A DNA stretch of 64,000 nucleotides from Octopus vulgaris (Eukaryota). Made by a program: the position numbers and the translations under genes. The DNA is taken from contig OX597814.1 of NCBI GenBank assembly GCA_951406725.2, forward strand, positions 33,294,001 through 33,358,000, read 5' to 3'. This document shows positions 12,958-27,057 of this stretch, one piece after another; the first letter of the stretch is position 1; the number at the start of each line of letters is the position of its first letter. The notes beneath the pieces are model-generated. The model was not told where the DNA came from and made no database searches. It saw only the letters and a program-made list of their open reading frames with translations.

Positions 12958-13340
12958 GGAAGCACTCCGTCGGTTACGACGACGAGGGTTGCGGTTGATC
13001 CGATCAACGGAACAGCCTGCTCGTGAAATTAACGTGTAAGTGGCTGAGCACTCCACAGACACGTGTACCCTTAACGCAGTTCTCGGGGATATTCAGCGTG
13101 ACATAGAGAGTGACAAGGCCGGCCCTTTGAAATACAGGTACAACAGAAACAGGAAGTAAGAGTGAGAGAAAGTTGTGGTGAAAGAGTACAGCAGGGATCA
13201 CCACCATCCTCTGCCGGAGCCTCGTGGAGCTTTAGGTGTTTTCGCTCAATAAACACTCACAACGCCCGGTCTGCGAATCGAAACCGCGATTCTATGACCG
13301 CGAGTCCGCTGCCCTAACCACTGGGTCATTGCGCCTCCAC
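12957..13340 (-). mobile_element. SINE family C (tRNA-derived, Arg-like head), full length
   Basis: A box TGACCCAGTGG, B box GGTTTCGATTCGC; near-identical to 40958-41342. Confidence 0.9.
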
Positions 13341-13375
<35 letters not shown>

Positions 13376-13376
13376 G

Positions 13377-13433
<57 letters not shown>

Positions 13434-13637
13434 ATAGATAGAGAGAGAGATAGATAGATAGATAGCTATATGTATATACATATATGCATACATGCATCCA
13501 TACGTAAGCACACACATACATACAGACAGACAGACAGGCAGGCAGGCATGCATGCATACATACATACATACATACATACATACATACATACATACATACA
13601 TACATACATACATACATACATGCATGCATATTTGTAA

Positions 13638-13765
13638 GGATGCATGGCCTAATGGTTAGAGAGTTGCACTAAGGATCACAAGCTTGTGGCTTCAGTTCCT
13701 GGAACGGGTGGCGCGTTGTGTTCTTGAGTAAAACACTTAATCTCACATTGATCTGCAATCACTTC
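13638..13765 (+). mobile_element. Diverged tRNA-derived SINE head with CORE-like segment
   Basis: TGGCCTAATGGTTAG A box; GCGTTGTGTTCTTGAGTAAAACACTT. Confidence 0.65.
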
Positions 13766-13789
13766 TACTCAGTTCCAAAAGTGAGTATT

Positions 13790-15060
13790 AGCAGTCAAAT
13801 TACCCATTACACTGACATTCAGATTTCAAGCTTCATAAGAGCTTACACATTTACTTTCAAACAGAGGTAAAAATCCCACCTTTTTTCGCTTAATGCATCT
13901 AAGGTTATATTATTCAATGTACAATTTTTGTCTGTGGGTGTGATTTTTGGTTTGATATCGACTTCGACAATATTGCTTTCCATAAATTTCTCAAAAGTGA
14001 GAGCCCACTGCTGGGCATAAGAACGTGGTTTCTATGATAGGACCTGACTTTAGAGAAACTTTGCTTGTCAGAAAAGGGAATTTCATGGTGTTATGTTGGA
14101 GAACGCCATCTTAATGTCAATCTTCGTTAATATGGCAACTGGAAATGAAAGCAAATAGTTGGTAGATTTAGTGAAGTTGCCTTTCATGAGAATAGGAGCC
14201 GTTGTAGCATGTTTCCAAAGATCGGAGCTAAACCCTGTAGAGGAGGAGAGACTCAAGACTTTGCTGAATATATGAGCTAGCACTTGATGACAAAGCCTAG
14301 GATAAGGAAACGCCATTTTTATGTATGTTAGCTTTGTGCGTTTGAAGCAATCAAATGTACATTCGCACTTTGCGGAAGTGTACATGATGGTAAATCTGAA
14401 AGAGTGAAAGAAAAGAGATTTTAATAACTATCATGTTTATGTAGTGTGAAATGACTACAAAGCACACAGCGAAGTTGAGGGGGTTTTTTTTCCTGTGATC
14501 ATGACTCTCACAGAACTATCATTGTTGCGAAAGGAAGAAAAAGAGGGTCCTGCAAGATTGATAGAAATATTTTTGGCAAGGATCCAAAAGGAGCGACTGT
14601 GGTTTGGAAGACGGCATATATTGATGTACTATGTCTGAAAAATCTCTTTGTGACAAGAATAGTGGTTCTACGAGGAATTGCATTCCTGCAGTAAATTCTC
14701 ACAGCTTTTTGGCGGCTTTCTTGAGGGTTGAGTTCCTCCAGGTATTGTTTTTAGTCTAAATCAATTTCAACACAACCATGAATGAACCACATGAGAGAAA
14801 TGTTGGAACATGCTCCAAATGGTAGCTTCACTCAGGCGCCTGGCTGCTTCTGTATGGTCACTTGTGGAGCACATATGCTGCCAGCTACCATTAGTAGTTC
14901 ACATAAAAACATTCAGAGTTCCAACCAGTCAGATAGCTTTATGTGCTCTAGGCTAGGGGCGTTACGTGATTTGCGCATGTGTAAAGGGTAGAGGCGCTAT
15001 GGTAAACCGGCGAAGGCGATAGGTTCGGAGACAGATTTTGGTAAAAATTAGGTTTCAAGA
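13790..15060 (-). mobile_element. Decayed LINE (CR1/L2/Jockey-like) ORF2 fragment
   Basis: LWKHATTAPILMKGNFTKSTNY resembles the RT N-terminal motif WK.A...PI.KKG......NYRPISL. Confidence 0.65.
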
Positions 15061-15272
15061 TGAGAAAGTTATCATTGGTATTTCGTGTTCTTGTATGTTA
15101 ATCTGTGATACATGTAGGGAATAAAATAAGCTGATGCAAGAAATTGATGTTTAAGTAAAATTCAATTTCTGTATTAGCGTCGTTATTATTTGAGTGAGAG
15201 AGAACCACGATAAACTACAACAGTTGAAATTCACCAAAGGGGATGACCTTAGAGAAGGTAAAGTAAGATATA

Positions 15273-15492
15273 AGGTGGCGAGCTGGCAGAAACGTTAGCA
15301 CGCCGGGCGAAATGCTTAGCGGTATTTCGTCTGCGTTACGTTGTGAGTTCAAATTCCGCCGAGGTCGACTTTGCCTTTCATCCTTTCGGGGTCGATAAAT
15401 TAAGTACCAGTTACGCACTGGGGTCGATGTAATCGATTTAATACCTATGTCTGTCCGCTCTGTGTTTAGCCCCTTGTGGGTAATAAAGAAAT
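15273..15492 (+). mobile_element. SINE family B, full length with 17-bp TSD
   Basis: B box GAGTTCAAATTCC, central GCCTTTCATCCTTTCGGGGTCGATAAATTAAGTACC; TSD AGGTAAAGTAAGATATA at 15256-15272 and 15493-15509. Confidence 0.92.
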
Positions 15493-16101
15493 AGGTAAAG
15501 TAAGATATATGTCTTCAATACAGGAGACGATATGGTCAAAAAGATGGCCGTGTTTCGAAGAAGTAAGAACGCGGTAGAGGATGTAGTTATATTAGGGGGG
15601 AATAAAAGAAGGGAGACTTTGAATCAGAGCAACTGGAAGAAATGAGTGACTAGGAGAGTGAAGTCAACATATGTGCAGGTAATAGATTCACGTTGAAGTT
15701 GGAATAAAACGTGTGGCCTCGTCAGCAAAGATATATTGGAGAGAGGGTTTGAAGCATATCTCAGAAAGACAACATGCGTGGTCTCCGCGTGAGTATGAGG
15801 TGACAAGTGGAATCCAGATTGCTACGAAATACACGAATATTGGATAAATGAAGGGAAATAACTGTGCTTCTGGCTTTCACTATTTTGTAGCTGAGTAGAA
15901 CTTTGCGATGTGTGGAACGAACACAGTAGCTCCTTGGCAGATGCTTGCCTTCAATGCTTAAAATAGAGTGAACTCCGCTAGATGCTCTCAAGGTCCAGGT
16001 GGTAGTGTGACATGCTTACAAACTGAGCTAAAGAACCAATTATAATTGTTGCTCATACTTGCAATGCATAGAGTGACGGTTGTGTCACAGCAGGATGTAC
16101 A

Positions 16102-16318
16102 CTCTCTTTACTCTTTACTCTTTTACTTGTTTCAGTCATTTGACTGCGGCCATGCTGGAGCACCACCTTTAGTCGAGCAAATCGACCCCGGGACTTATTC
16201 TTTGTAAGCCCAGTACTTATTCTATCGGTCTCTTTTGCCGAACCGCTAAGTGACGGGGACGTAAACACACTAGCATCGGTTGTCAAGCAATGCTAGGGGG
16301 ACAAACACAGACACACAA

Positions 16319-16409
<91 letters not shown>

Positions 16410-16576
16410 TACGACGGGCTTCTTTCAGTTTCCGTCTACCAAATCCACTCACAAGGCATTGGTCGGCCCGGGGCTATAGCAGAAGACACTTGCCCAAGAT
16501 GCCACGTAGTGGGACTGAACCCAGAACCATGTGGTTGGTTAGCAAGCTACTTACCACACAGCCACTCCTGCGCCTA
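16102..16576 (-). mobile_element. SINE family A, full length
   Basis: Head, internal TA/CA tract, (GTAAAAGA)n-type tail. Confidence 0.95.
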
Positions 16577-17559
16577 CACGTAGATAAAAATTATAAAATG
16601 CGTAGCCAGTGGAAGTCGAACCTATCTAACAGCTAACACGTGAGAGGTGACTTCCATTTCAATCGGGTGCTACGTTAGATTTTCTTTCATATACGTTATT
16701 TATATTTGCAGCCATATTGGTATTAAACTATAAAGATATATGTGCCCGTACGTATAAACGCAGGAAACAAAGAAAGATAGGGTAGCATCAAACATCTAAC
16801 TATCTAGTTTTTTCATATAACAATCAAACCTCGTTTCGTTTTCTTTACGCTGTTTAACGTTAAACAGGAAGAGAACTTTAATGCCATGGGATTGAATAGT
16901 GCTTAACAAGATATCTTTCTTTTCAAATATATATATAACACTAGAGAGTTTATATTGTGAACGAAAACATGAGAAGTCACAGAAAGTGTGAGCATATGTG
17001 TATATTCAAATGAAGAAAGCGAGAAAGAAATATTTGATATGGAAATAATAATTTCCTTCATATTGCTGAATTATGTTTCCATTCTTTTTTTATCAAAACC
17101 AAACAAAATATATAAAATGCAAACTAAAATATACAGACATATACATAAAAATATATATTTACATATATAAACATACAAATATATATAAATATATATGTAT
17201 AGACATATACATACATGCATGTATACATATATACATACACACACGCACACACACAAACACACACACACACATATCAAATAGGAGGAGAATGATAAGATAA
17301 TATTTTTAAACTTCCAAGCCAAGCAAACATATATATACTAAATGGACTTCTTTAGCTTATAATTCTATATTTTTCGTTTTATATATTTATTTTAATACCT
17401 CAGTATTCTTTCCTTTTTTATTATTATTATTATTTTGATTGAATGGTGAGGCGATCAAGTAAATTCATTGTTCATTTTCCGAAAGTGTTAAAAGTATATT
17501 TAGGATTCAGCTACACTTTGCTTTTACCTTAAACATTTTCTGTAATAATTATATTTCCT

Positions 17560-17984
17560 CTACTCTTACTCTTTACTCTCTTTACTCTTTTACTTGTTTC
17601 AGTCATTTGACTGCGGCCATGCTGGAGCACCGCCTTTAGTCGAGCAAATCGACCCCGGGACTTATTCTTTGTAAGCCCAGTACTTATTCTATCGGTCTCT
17701 TTTGCCGAACCGCTAAGTGACGGGGACGTAAACACACCAGCATCGGTTGTCAAGCAATACTAGGGGGACAAACACAGACACACACACACACACATATACA
17801 TATATATATATACATATATACGACAGGCTTCTTTCAGTTTCCGTCTACCAAATCCACTCACAAGGCATTGGTCGGCCCGGGGCTATAGCAGAAGACACTT
17901 GCCCAAGATGCCACGCAGTGGGACTGAACCCGGAACCATGTGGTTGGTTAGCAAGCTACTTACCACACAGCCACTCCTGCGCCT
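17560..17984 (-). mobile_element. SINE family A, full length
   Basis: Near-identical to 16102-16576 apart from the microsatellite. Confidence 0.95.
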
Positions 17985-18019
17985 ATATATATATATATTG
18001 ATATATAAAATAATAAAAA

Positions 18020-18063
18020 TATTAATAATAATAATAATGATAATAATGATAATAATAATAATA

Positions 18064-18109
<46 letters not shown>

Positions 18110-18164
18110 TAATAATGATAATAATAATGATAATATTAATAATAATAATAATAATAATGATAAT

Positions 18165-18259
<95 letters not shown>

Positions 18260-18280
18260 TGATGATGATGATAATAATCA
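18020..18280. repeat. (AAT)n/(GAT)n microsatellite
   Basis: Directly visible. Confidence 0.98.
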
Positions 18281-18524
18281 GGTCCGTTTCAATTCTATAA
18301 ACGCATATAAAGATAACTCCGTACTCCAGCAACTTCAACAACAATTCTTTCATATATATATTTCGAACGCAATGCAAAATTCTATATTCTTCCCGCTCAT
18401 TTACTTTCTTTCTTTCTTTTAAAGTAAAAAAAAAAAGCAGCAGTTGCCTTTTTGACAGATAACTTTTCCAAAAGAAATTTTGATTTTGTCATAATTTTTT
18501 CTCTTTTAACCATCGATTCCCTTC

Positions 18525-18580
<56 letters not shown>

Positions 18581-18727
18581 AGCTTTCCTAATTTTTCTTA
18601 TTTCTTCTCTGCTTAGCTTCAATTGTAGCATGAGACTTCGAAAAACGTTTTTTTTTTTATTTCCTTATTTCAAATTCTTTTCACTTTTCTAAACGCTTAA
18701 CGTTCGATATTTTATGCAATTATCTTA

Positions 18728-18783
<56 letters not shown>

Positions 18784-19599
18784 TAATAATAATAACAACA
18801 ACAACAGCAACGATAACAAATATAGCATGACGTATAAGAAAAGATTTCTGTCATTCTTTTTTTAGAGGGAGGGTTGAATTTATTTTTTGTCTTTTGTTTT
18901 TTATTTTTTTTTGTTTTTTTCCCCTATATTTCAAATCTCGTCTCTTATCGACAACTGAATCGGTATAGAATTTCGTTGCAGCTTATCATCTTTTCAGTAT
19001 TAATTCATCAAAGACAAATTTCAACTCGCTAATTTCTTTTTTCTCTTAATATCGTTTTTTTTTTTAAAGATAGCAATAAACGCACACACACCCACATACA
19101 CTCAAAGACACAGATGTACACCCACGTTCACATACATGTGCATATACATATCTATATTGTATACACACACACGCACATACGTACACGTATATATGAACAT
19201 ATATACATATACGCACGCATATATGTATGTTTTAGGTATAATTTTAGTTGGGCTTTTTTTTTCTATTTCCCTTGTTTAGTAGACTGATATTTTATATTCG
19301 AAAATTCTATTATCAATTTTAATTTCTCTTCGGCTTTTGCTAATCATAGATAAGAGCCGCCATTTTACTTGCGTAGTAAGCTGCGTTGATGCATTGGCAG
19401 CCATACTAGACATTAGCGTTTTATTTTTGAATGTATGAGTGTATTCATGTAAGTAAGTATATGCTGTATTCCTCTTTTTTTTTTCCTCATCATTCACTCT
19501 TTCTTCTCTTTTCTTCAATACAATTAACGACCATTGAACTTTGTTTCATGATTGTCTAGATTTAGTGAAATCTATTTTGGTTAAAATAATAATAACAAT

Positions 19600-19652
<53 letters not shown>

Positions 19653-19995
19653 TAATAATAATGGCGAGAAGTAAAAGAGAAAAAAAATTAGGAAAAAGTT
19701 TGCTGCTACATGAAATTTTAGGAATTCTAAGTGCAAAATTGCCTGTAGCAGATGAGATTGATGCGCTCCGAATACACTGCCTTTAGCAGAACGGTGTGTG
19801 TGCGCATGTGACGGAAAGAAAGGAAGAGAGAATGTGTATGCGTGTGTGTTCGTGTATGTGAATGTTATGCAGCGTGTTATGCATCTATATGTGTTGTACC
19901 TCTGTGTGTACTGTAATGTGCACATGCACATGTATTTAAGTATATGGGTATGTGCGGCCTTGTACGATTATTTGTGTGTGTATTTGTGTGTGTGT

Positions 19996-20071
<76 letters not shown>

Positions 20072-20389
20072 ATAGATAATGGAAACATAATGGTGTCCCT
20101 ACGGTGAACACAACATGACCTCGTGCTAATGCAACAATAGAGAGATACACGTCAGTTCTCTTTGAAAAGAATTTCGAAACGCACGCAAAGCCTAAAGGAA
20201 AAAAAATTTTGGATAGTTATTTAATAAACTAGGTAATATCGCAGACAAGACTTCATGATGTATCCAGAGGCGTCAAAACTGGAACGAGAAAAGGAAGTGT
20301 GAAGAATCAAAAAACGATTGAAAAACACACATATGCACACACAGTACACGTATGCGTACAAAACACATAGTATAATATAATAAAAACGT

Positions 20390-20390
20390 G

Positions 20391-20427
<37 letters not shown>

Positions 20428-20477
20428 ACATATACATGTATATAAACATGCATACATACTCGCATGTATACATGTAT

Positions 20478-20522
<45 letters not shown>

Positions 20523-20563
20523 TACACATATATATACATATATACATATACATACACGAATGA

Positions 20564-20628
<65 letters not shown>

Positions 20629-20704
20629 TATATACACAAATGTATATATTTATATATATACGTATGTTTGTATATATATATATATATATATATATACAGT
20701 AAAG

Positions 20705-20740
<36 letters not shown>

Positions 20741-20811
20741 GTGTATATATATGTGTATATATATATATATGTATGTATAAACGTATATGTATATGTATAT
20801 ATACATCTATA

Positions 20812-20849
<38 letters not shown>

Positions 20850-20895
20850 TATATATATATAGATACGTGTATATATATATATGTGTGTGTGTGTA
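20390..20895. repeat. Compound (TA)n/(TG)n microsatellite
   Basis: Directly visible. Confidence 0.97.
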
Positions 20896-21297
20896 TTTGT
20901 GCGTGTGGGACGCGTGTGTAAGTGTGTATGTGTCTCCGTATCTGCAAGTGAAATAAATTTCAATTGGTATTACAAAATTTATCTCACCACTTTCTAACGT
21001 TTAAACACGAATATTTGTTAGACAATGAAGAGACGAAACTTATAATTGTAGTGATAGTAATTTTATTGCACCATAGGCAGGAGGCCACACATTTTGAGAG
21101 AGAAGTATATTCGATTTAATCGGATGCTGTACTTGATTGAGTGAGATTTTATTGAGGCCGGAAGAAGGACAACTAAATTTAATCCCAGCAGGAGTTCAAC
21201 ACTCAACATGAAAAAAGATTTAAAATTTGCGCACTGCAGATCTTCCTATTCCATATTATTACTGCTACCATTATTACTACTACTACTACTGCTACTA

Positions 21298-21338
<41 letters not shown>

Positions 21339-21394
21339 ACAGTTATTATCATTGCCATAGTCGTAATTGTTATTGCCAGACCGTAAATTGTTAT

Positions 21395-21985
21395 CAGGTC
21401 GAGCAAAACAACGGCATTTCGTCGCTCATCACATTCTGAGTCAAAATTCTGCCCAGGTAGACTTTGCCTCTCATCCTTTGCGGGACAATAGATTAGATTA
21501 AATACCAGTTGAGCACTAGGATCAATATTATCGACTATCGCCCTCCCCAGAAAATCTAGGCCTTGTGCCTATAGAAAAAAGAATTATTATTATTATTTTT
21601 AATAAAGCGGCGAACTGGCAGAATCGTTAGCACGCTGTGCAAAATGCCTAGAGATATTTCACCCGTCTCTGCGTTCTGAGTTCGAATTCCGGCAAGGTTG
21701 ATTTTGCCTTTCGTCCTTTCGAGGTCGATGTGATCAAGTATCCCCCTCCCCTAAATATAAGGCCACGTGCCTCTCGTAGAAAGGTTTATCATTACTATAA
21801 TTTAAGGCAGCGAACTGACAGGGTTTTTAGCACACTGGCCAAAATGCTTAGCGGCATTTCGTCCGTGTTTAGCTTCTGAGTTCAAATTCCGTCGAGGTTG
21901 ACTTTGCTTTTCGTCCATCGGGATTCGATAAATTAAGTACCAGTCAAGTACTAGTGTCAGTATGATCGACTACCCCCCACCCCGC
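21395..21985 (+). mobile_element. Cluster of three diverged SINE B copies separated by (TTA)n
   Basis: Repeated TTCTGAGTTC(G/A)AATTCC and GACTTTGCCT..CATCC motifs near 21435, 21675 and 21875. Confidence 0.85.
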
Positions 21986-21995
21986 ATTACACGTC

Positions 21996-22032
<37 letters not shown>

Positions 22033-22227
22033 TACTATTACTATTATTATTATTATCATTATTATCATTATTATTATTATTATTTTTATTATTATTATCA
22101 TTATCATTATTGCCTTTACACAGCTTCTAACGCTGGAGTTGTACTACGGTGTCAGCTGTTCAATACCAGTAAACTAAGGTAACACCTCTTATGAACAAGC
22201 CTTGCTATATTGCCGTGGCGTCTCTTA

Positions 22228-23945
22228 TATTATTGAGTGAGAAAGCAGTGCATGCCATCAAAGTGACAATGTGGTAAAATATACGAAGCCCAGTATACCC
22301 ATCGTGACTACCCGTATGATAAGGGTACACTAGGCACATGCATCACAACCATATGTGCGCGACATGGTGATCTCATATCAAGATAAAAAGCGCATGACCT
22401 TGCATATGGGGCCTGGTTAGAATTTTCTTCTGGTCGAGTAGCCCATCCCACTCAAAAGGTCGCCGAATAAGGATTGTTTAAGGATGTTGAACGAACCACC
22501 CGTGTTTCCAAAGGTGAATTATCCAAACCTCTAAGAATTTCTTTCAACACACGTCTATGATGCTCCCTCATTACTTCTGCTCATGATCAGAGATACACAT
22601 ATCGTCAGCCACAAAGGGAACATGCTCAACTGGTTATGGTCAAACAACTGACAAGCAAATCTATGGTATTGAGCAGAATATTTGCTGTAGCAAATTCAGT
22701 CATACAGCACTTTCTATTCTCTTTATCTATTACTACTAAATCAGACCTTCTAGCTTCTATTACTCTGTCATTCTGAATGTTAAAATCCCACAGCATCTTG
22801 TATTTCTAACTTTCTAGTACTTTACTAGGTTCATGTTCATACCATTTTGTAGTGTGTTCAAATCCTAGATTTCTGCATGACTCCCAGCGGATTGCTATCA
22901 CTAGATTGTCATGTCTTTTCATGTATTCTTTCTGTGCCAGCATGCTACATTCACTTACAATATGAGTAACGCCTTCCTCTTTTTATTGGCATAGCCCACA
23001 TTGGGTATCTATTCTGTTTTTGTCTCTCTAAGCTTTTGTCCAACTGCTTGATCTTGTGCTGCTGCTAATAAACTTTTTGTCTCCCTGTTCAGCCTTCGTT
23101 TCTGCGACCATAACCATGTCTCACAAATATTATTTGCTGCAACTCTCTTTGGGAATCTACCATGAAGCGACGTCTGCTGCCAGTCTGAAACTTTCTGTTC
23201 ATTTTTCTGGTTAACTTCGTTTGGGTTTTTGGTTTCCTTATGTCTTGCAGTGACTCTAACAGCTTTTAATAAACTTTCTCTACTATTACCTACATGGGAG
23301 TCTAGCTCACTACAGGCAGTCTTCCACTGATATTAACCTTCTTTCGCGTTTCTTTCTAGCTAAGTATAATTTTGCTACTCCTGTTCTTGAGTGGAATTCT
23401 CAATTCATATTGAATTCCTTCCTAGTTTTTTCTGTTTAGCTTTACTAGTTCAGATTTTGTTCAATCTACAAAAGTAGCTGAGTATCTAAGTAATGATACT
23501 GCTTGAGTATCTACTGCCTTCACTAGATTCGGGCCATTTACCTTTGATTTTATTAGTTTCCTCACCCTTCTGATGTACTCCTGAATTTTCGCTTTCACTT
23601 CTCTTGTTAGTACTCTGTCAGATTCTAATACTCCTGGATACTTATAACTCTCTCCTCCTTTCAATGATTTTAATTTTTGGCCATCTAGTAATTGGATGCC
23701 TTCGCTGTTAACTACCTGTCTCCTTCTCATGACTAATAATGTACACTTATCTATGCCAAATTCCATGCCTACGTCATTGCTGAAGAGTCTTACAGTTTCT
23801 ATTAAAGAATCTATCTCTTTCGCATTCTTACTAAGCTTCAAATCATTCATATAGCGCAAATGGTTAATTTTTCGCTTACTATTTCTGAAATGATATCCTG
23901 CCTTTGACTTCCTTAATACTAAACTGAGGGGGATAAAAAACATAA
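22228..23945 (-). mobile_element. R4/Dong-like RLE LINE remnant (RT, CCHC, endonuclease, probable 3' UTR)
   Basis: INHLRYMNDLKL...VGMEFGIDKC (RT); CGLC...THIVSEC; KRHDN; LWDFNIQNDRVIEARRSDLVVID (RLE). Treating 22228-22695 as 3' UTR is an inference. Confidence 0.88.
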
Positions 23946-24385
23946 GAAAAATACAACAGGTATTATCATAGTCTTCAGGTTTCACATTTTACCAATCTCT
24001 GTTTCAAGATCTATATATTTGTTCAGATTTTGGTAGGCTTTGACAGATACATTTATGACAATTGGAACAGTCATATCGATGAGGTGACACGACTTTTGTC
24101 TGAAATTCTTCAGTATAATTTCTGGCTTATTTGCATCTATATTTCTGTCAGTTTAAACGGTGAAGTTCCAAAGGAGTGAGAAGGAGTCATTTTCAAGCAC
24201 TGGCGGGGGTTAATGTTCCCACCACTTTTTAACATGGGGCAGGTCCATACTTTACGGGTGCAAGAAAGCTGCACATGAAGACAATATAATCAATGGTTTC
24301 TGCTTGTTGTTTGCATACACATGTTGAGCTACTGCCGTTCTCTAAGATGTTGGCCTGGTAGTTTCTTGTTGGTAGGCATTGCTTT
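23945..24385 (-). mobile_element. Second R4/Dong-like LINE fragment (CCHC and RLE)
   Basis: CLPTRNY...CKQQAETIDYIV.MC; LLWNFTV.TDR.IDANKPEII; KYIDLETEI. Confidence 0.8.
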
Positions 24386-24537
24386 ATCATTATTATTATT
24401 ATGGAACTCAGGAATACACCAATCGTTTCTTTTCTGGAAACAAATATTAAACACACCTTCTCGAACATACATATAAGTGCTCAACATTTAACAAGTATCT
24501 GTTCATATATCGAAATGTGTCAATGTTAAGAAACATA

Positions 24538-25048
24538 CCGTAAATCCTCGAGTATAGTCCGCCCTTGAGTATAATACGCAGGGAATTTTTAGGGGGTTGT
24601 ATCTCTGAAAAAACTAAACCTTGTGTATAATACGCACCCCTTCTTTAACTTGAGTCAAGGAGGTCTATATTACGTCCTTGGTTTGTAAAACTGTATACGA
24701 TGACGTCCTTTATTATTATTGTATATATGACATAATGCAACGTGTAACATTTTTGTGCATTTTGTTTGCAGAAAATAAAGAAGTAACAGTAATAACGTTT
24801 AATAAATTTTGCTTATTGCAAGTTATGGATGATTCTTTTATGACTTCATTGCTTTCTGGCTTAGCTTAAGGTATTTTCGCGCCCGACATCACAAAATATG
24901 TCTTAATAAACATTGCCGGACAGCAAATAGAGACTCGGACATTGCTTAGAAAATAATTTTCATTTTTAACCTCGTATATAGTACGCACTAGGGATTTTGA
25001 TCTTGAAATTTTGAGAAAAAAATGCGGATGTTACTCGAGGATTTACGG
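24538..25048. mobile_element. pogo/Tigger-type MITE
   Basis: 17-bp TIRs CCGTAAATCCTCGAGTA / TACTCGAGGATTTACGG, TA TSD, subterminal GTATAATACGCA repeats. Confidence 0.9.
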
Positions 25049-25619
25049 TATTCAAGATTAATAAGATTAACAAGATTGTTGTATTAATCTCGACTGTACT
25101 TGAATGCAAAACGTAGAGAGCAGGAACATATACCGCAAAGTATTTTGCCATTCTCCCATCGTTAAAGCCTCGGGATATCCCTTGCTGTATTTGTTCCGGC
25201 TCTTTAATTTCTGAATTCATATCCCTCTGAGATCAACCTTGCCTTTCGTCTCTTGTGTTATCAAAGTATTAGTTAAGTTCTGGACCCGATGGTATCAACT
25301 GGCCCCGTCACGCCAAAATTTCAGGCCTTGTACCTATGTTAGAAACAACTATTATTGTTGCTGTTGTTGTTGTTGCTGTTGTTGCAGAGGAGGGGGGAGG
25401 AGGAGGAGGCGAAGGAGAAGGAAGACGATGACGACGAAGTGGAGAAGGTATTGAGGGAGAGAGGACGACGACGATGACGAAGACGATGTAGTGGAGAAGG
25501 AAGTGGGGCAGGAGGAGAACGAGGACGAAAAGAAGAAGACAAAGAAGAACGAGGATGAGGAAATTATAGGTATTTCATTGACTGAAGTAGATGTACTATG
25601 CAACAGAGTTCTGAGAAAT

Positions 25620-26290
25620 GTTTAAGAAAATCATGCATGTCTATTAGATGTAAATTGTTTTGTTATGAAATGAAATATGGCGACTGCTCTCTATTTTAGG
25701 TGTGATTTTCCTTAGTTTAGTAGACAAGCACTTTCCCCGTACGAATAAGTCCAGCAAAATATTTAATAGGCACACCCTGATAATTTCATTTAGCTCTGCA
25801 CTTAATGTATGAAAGAATTTTAGTAGATATACCCATACCTGAGACAGAGAAAGAATACCCATATAGGGGGAACACAACATCACCACTGAACGAACACTGT
25901 AATACAGAGGCCATTGATACGAGGCAGGGGTAAACGGCAATAGGATGAAATCGGAAACCAAACGTGTGAAGGTACGTGGGAGCAACTTAACCCGCCTTCA
26001 GAACCTGCTATAGCAGCCACAAGTCCCCCTTCAAAATACTGTCGAGACGTAATGCCACGCCCCTGGCCAAGCACATATGGTAGCTGAAAGAAAGTGCCAC
26101 TGAGTATAGCATAAGGTGGAGGTTTCTAGAGAAATATAAAGCGTACTTCAATGGCAGCAAGAAGTGCAGATTATGCCTGGCTGAGAAAAGAGCGACTTTA
26201 AAGACCTCCCCGCGCCCAGGCATTTACCTTAACAGCAGAAGTGAAATTTTTAATCCTTGCCCATATGAAAGGAAGTACATTCTATCATAG
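25620..26290 (+). mobile_element. Penelope-like element (Neptune-type) 3' coding remnant, GIY-YIG region
   Basis: LVDKHFPRTNKSSKIFNRHTL; YVGAT; KHIW*LKE...YSIRW...KKCRLCLAEK...LNSRSEIFNPC. Confidence 0.88.
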
Positions 26291-26902
26291 TTGCATGTCT
26301 CATCGTGACTATAAACACCACTCCACCAGTTTCGGCTCTTCACCAATACCTGGGAGTCCGACAAAGAGTTTGACCAGAACATACACAAACGCACCCACAA
26401 ACACACGCTTCTAGAACGGCAGACATACCCTCAATAAACTTGTTTCCACCACCCACAATATAAGCCCACACACACATTGTACCTCTAAACTCACAGCATG
26501 CGTACATAAATTCCTATTGTTATTAAATAAAACATAAAAGAAAGAAAAGTCACTACCGAACACTGGTGTATATTCCCATCTCCGCAAAGGTTATACATAT
26601 AGTACCACTACACATATTCCATTTCCACAAGAAACCAACCTTAAAGATAGACATTTTCCATAAACTCTTTCCCAGAAAACTCTTGTTGACTTGCAACAAA
26701 ACTACCCTAGAGATGATTCTTTTGATACCAAGGGACCTAACTCTTAACTCAAACCCTGCTGGATTCTTTTCATCGTCGTTTTCACAGCAACCACAAATCG
26801 AATGTGTTTGTTCACCTGCAGTCGCCATATTTCATTTCATAACTGCTACTTCTGAAGCGCGCAAGGTTACATAATGAGATTTTTTCCTAACACTATGGGG
26901 TT

Positions 26903-27057
26903 TTTTCAGTTTCCTTCAACCAGATCAACTCATAAGTCTTTGGTCGGCCTGAGGCTATAGTAGGAGAAATTTACCTGAGGTGCCATGCAGTGGAACTCAA
27001 CTTGCAACCATGTGGTTGGGAAGCAAACTTTTTACTACACATCCACGCCTGCGCCTG
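26903..27057 (-). mobile_element. SINE family A, head half only
   Basis: Matches the head/CORE-like portion of other copies. Confidence 0.8.

Noticed and set aside
12957-13340. tRNA gene (also the SINE A and B heads)
   Set aside because: No intact cloverleaf or acceptor stem; it continues into a repeated SINE body
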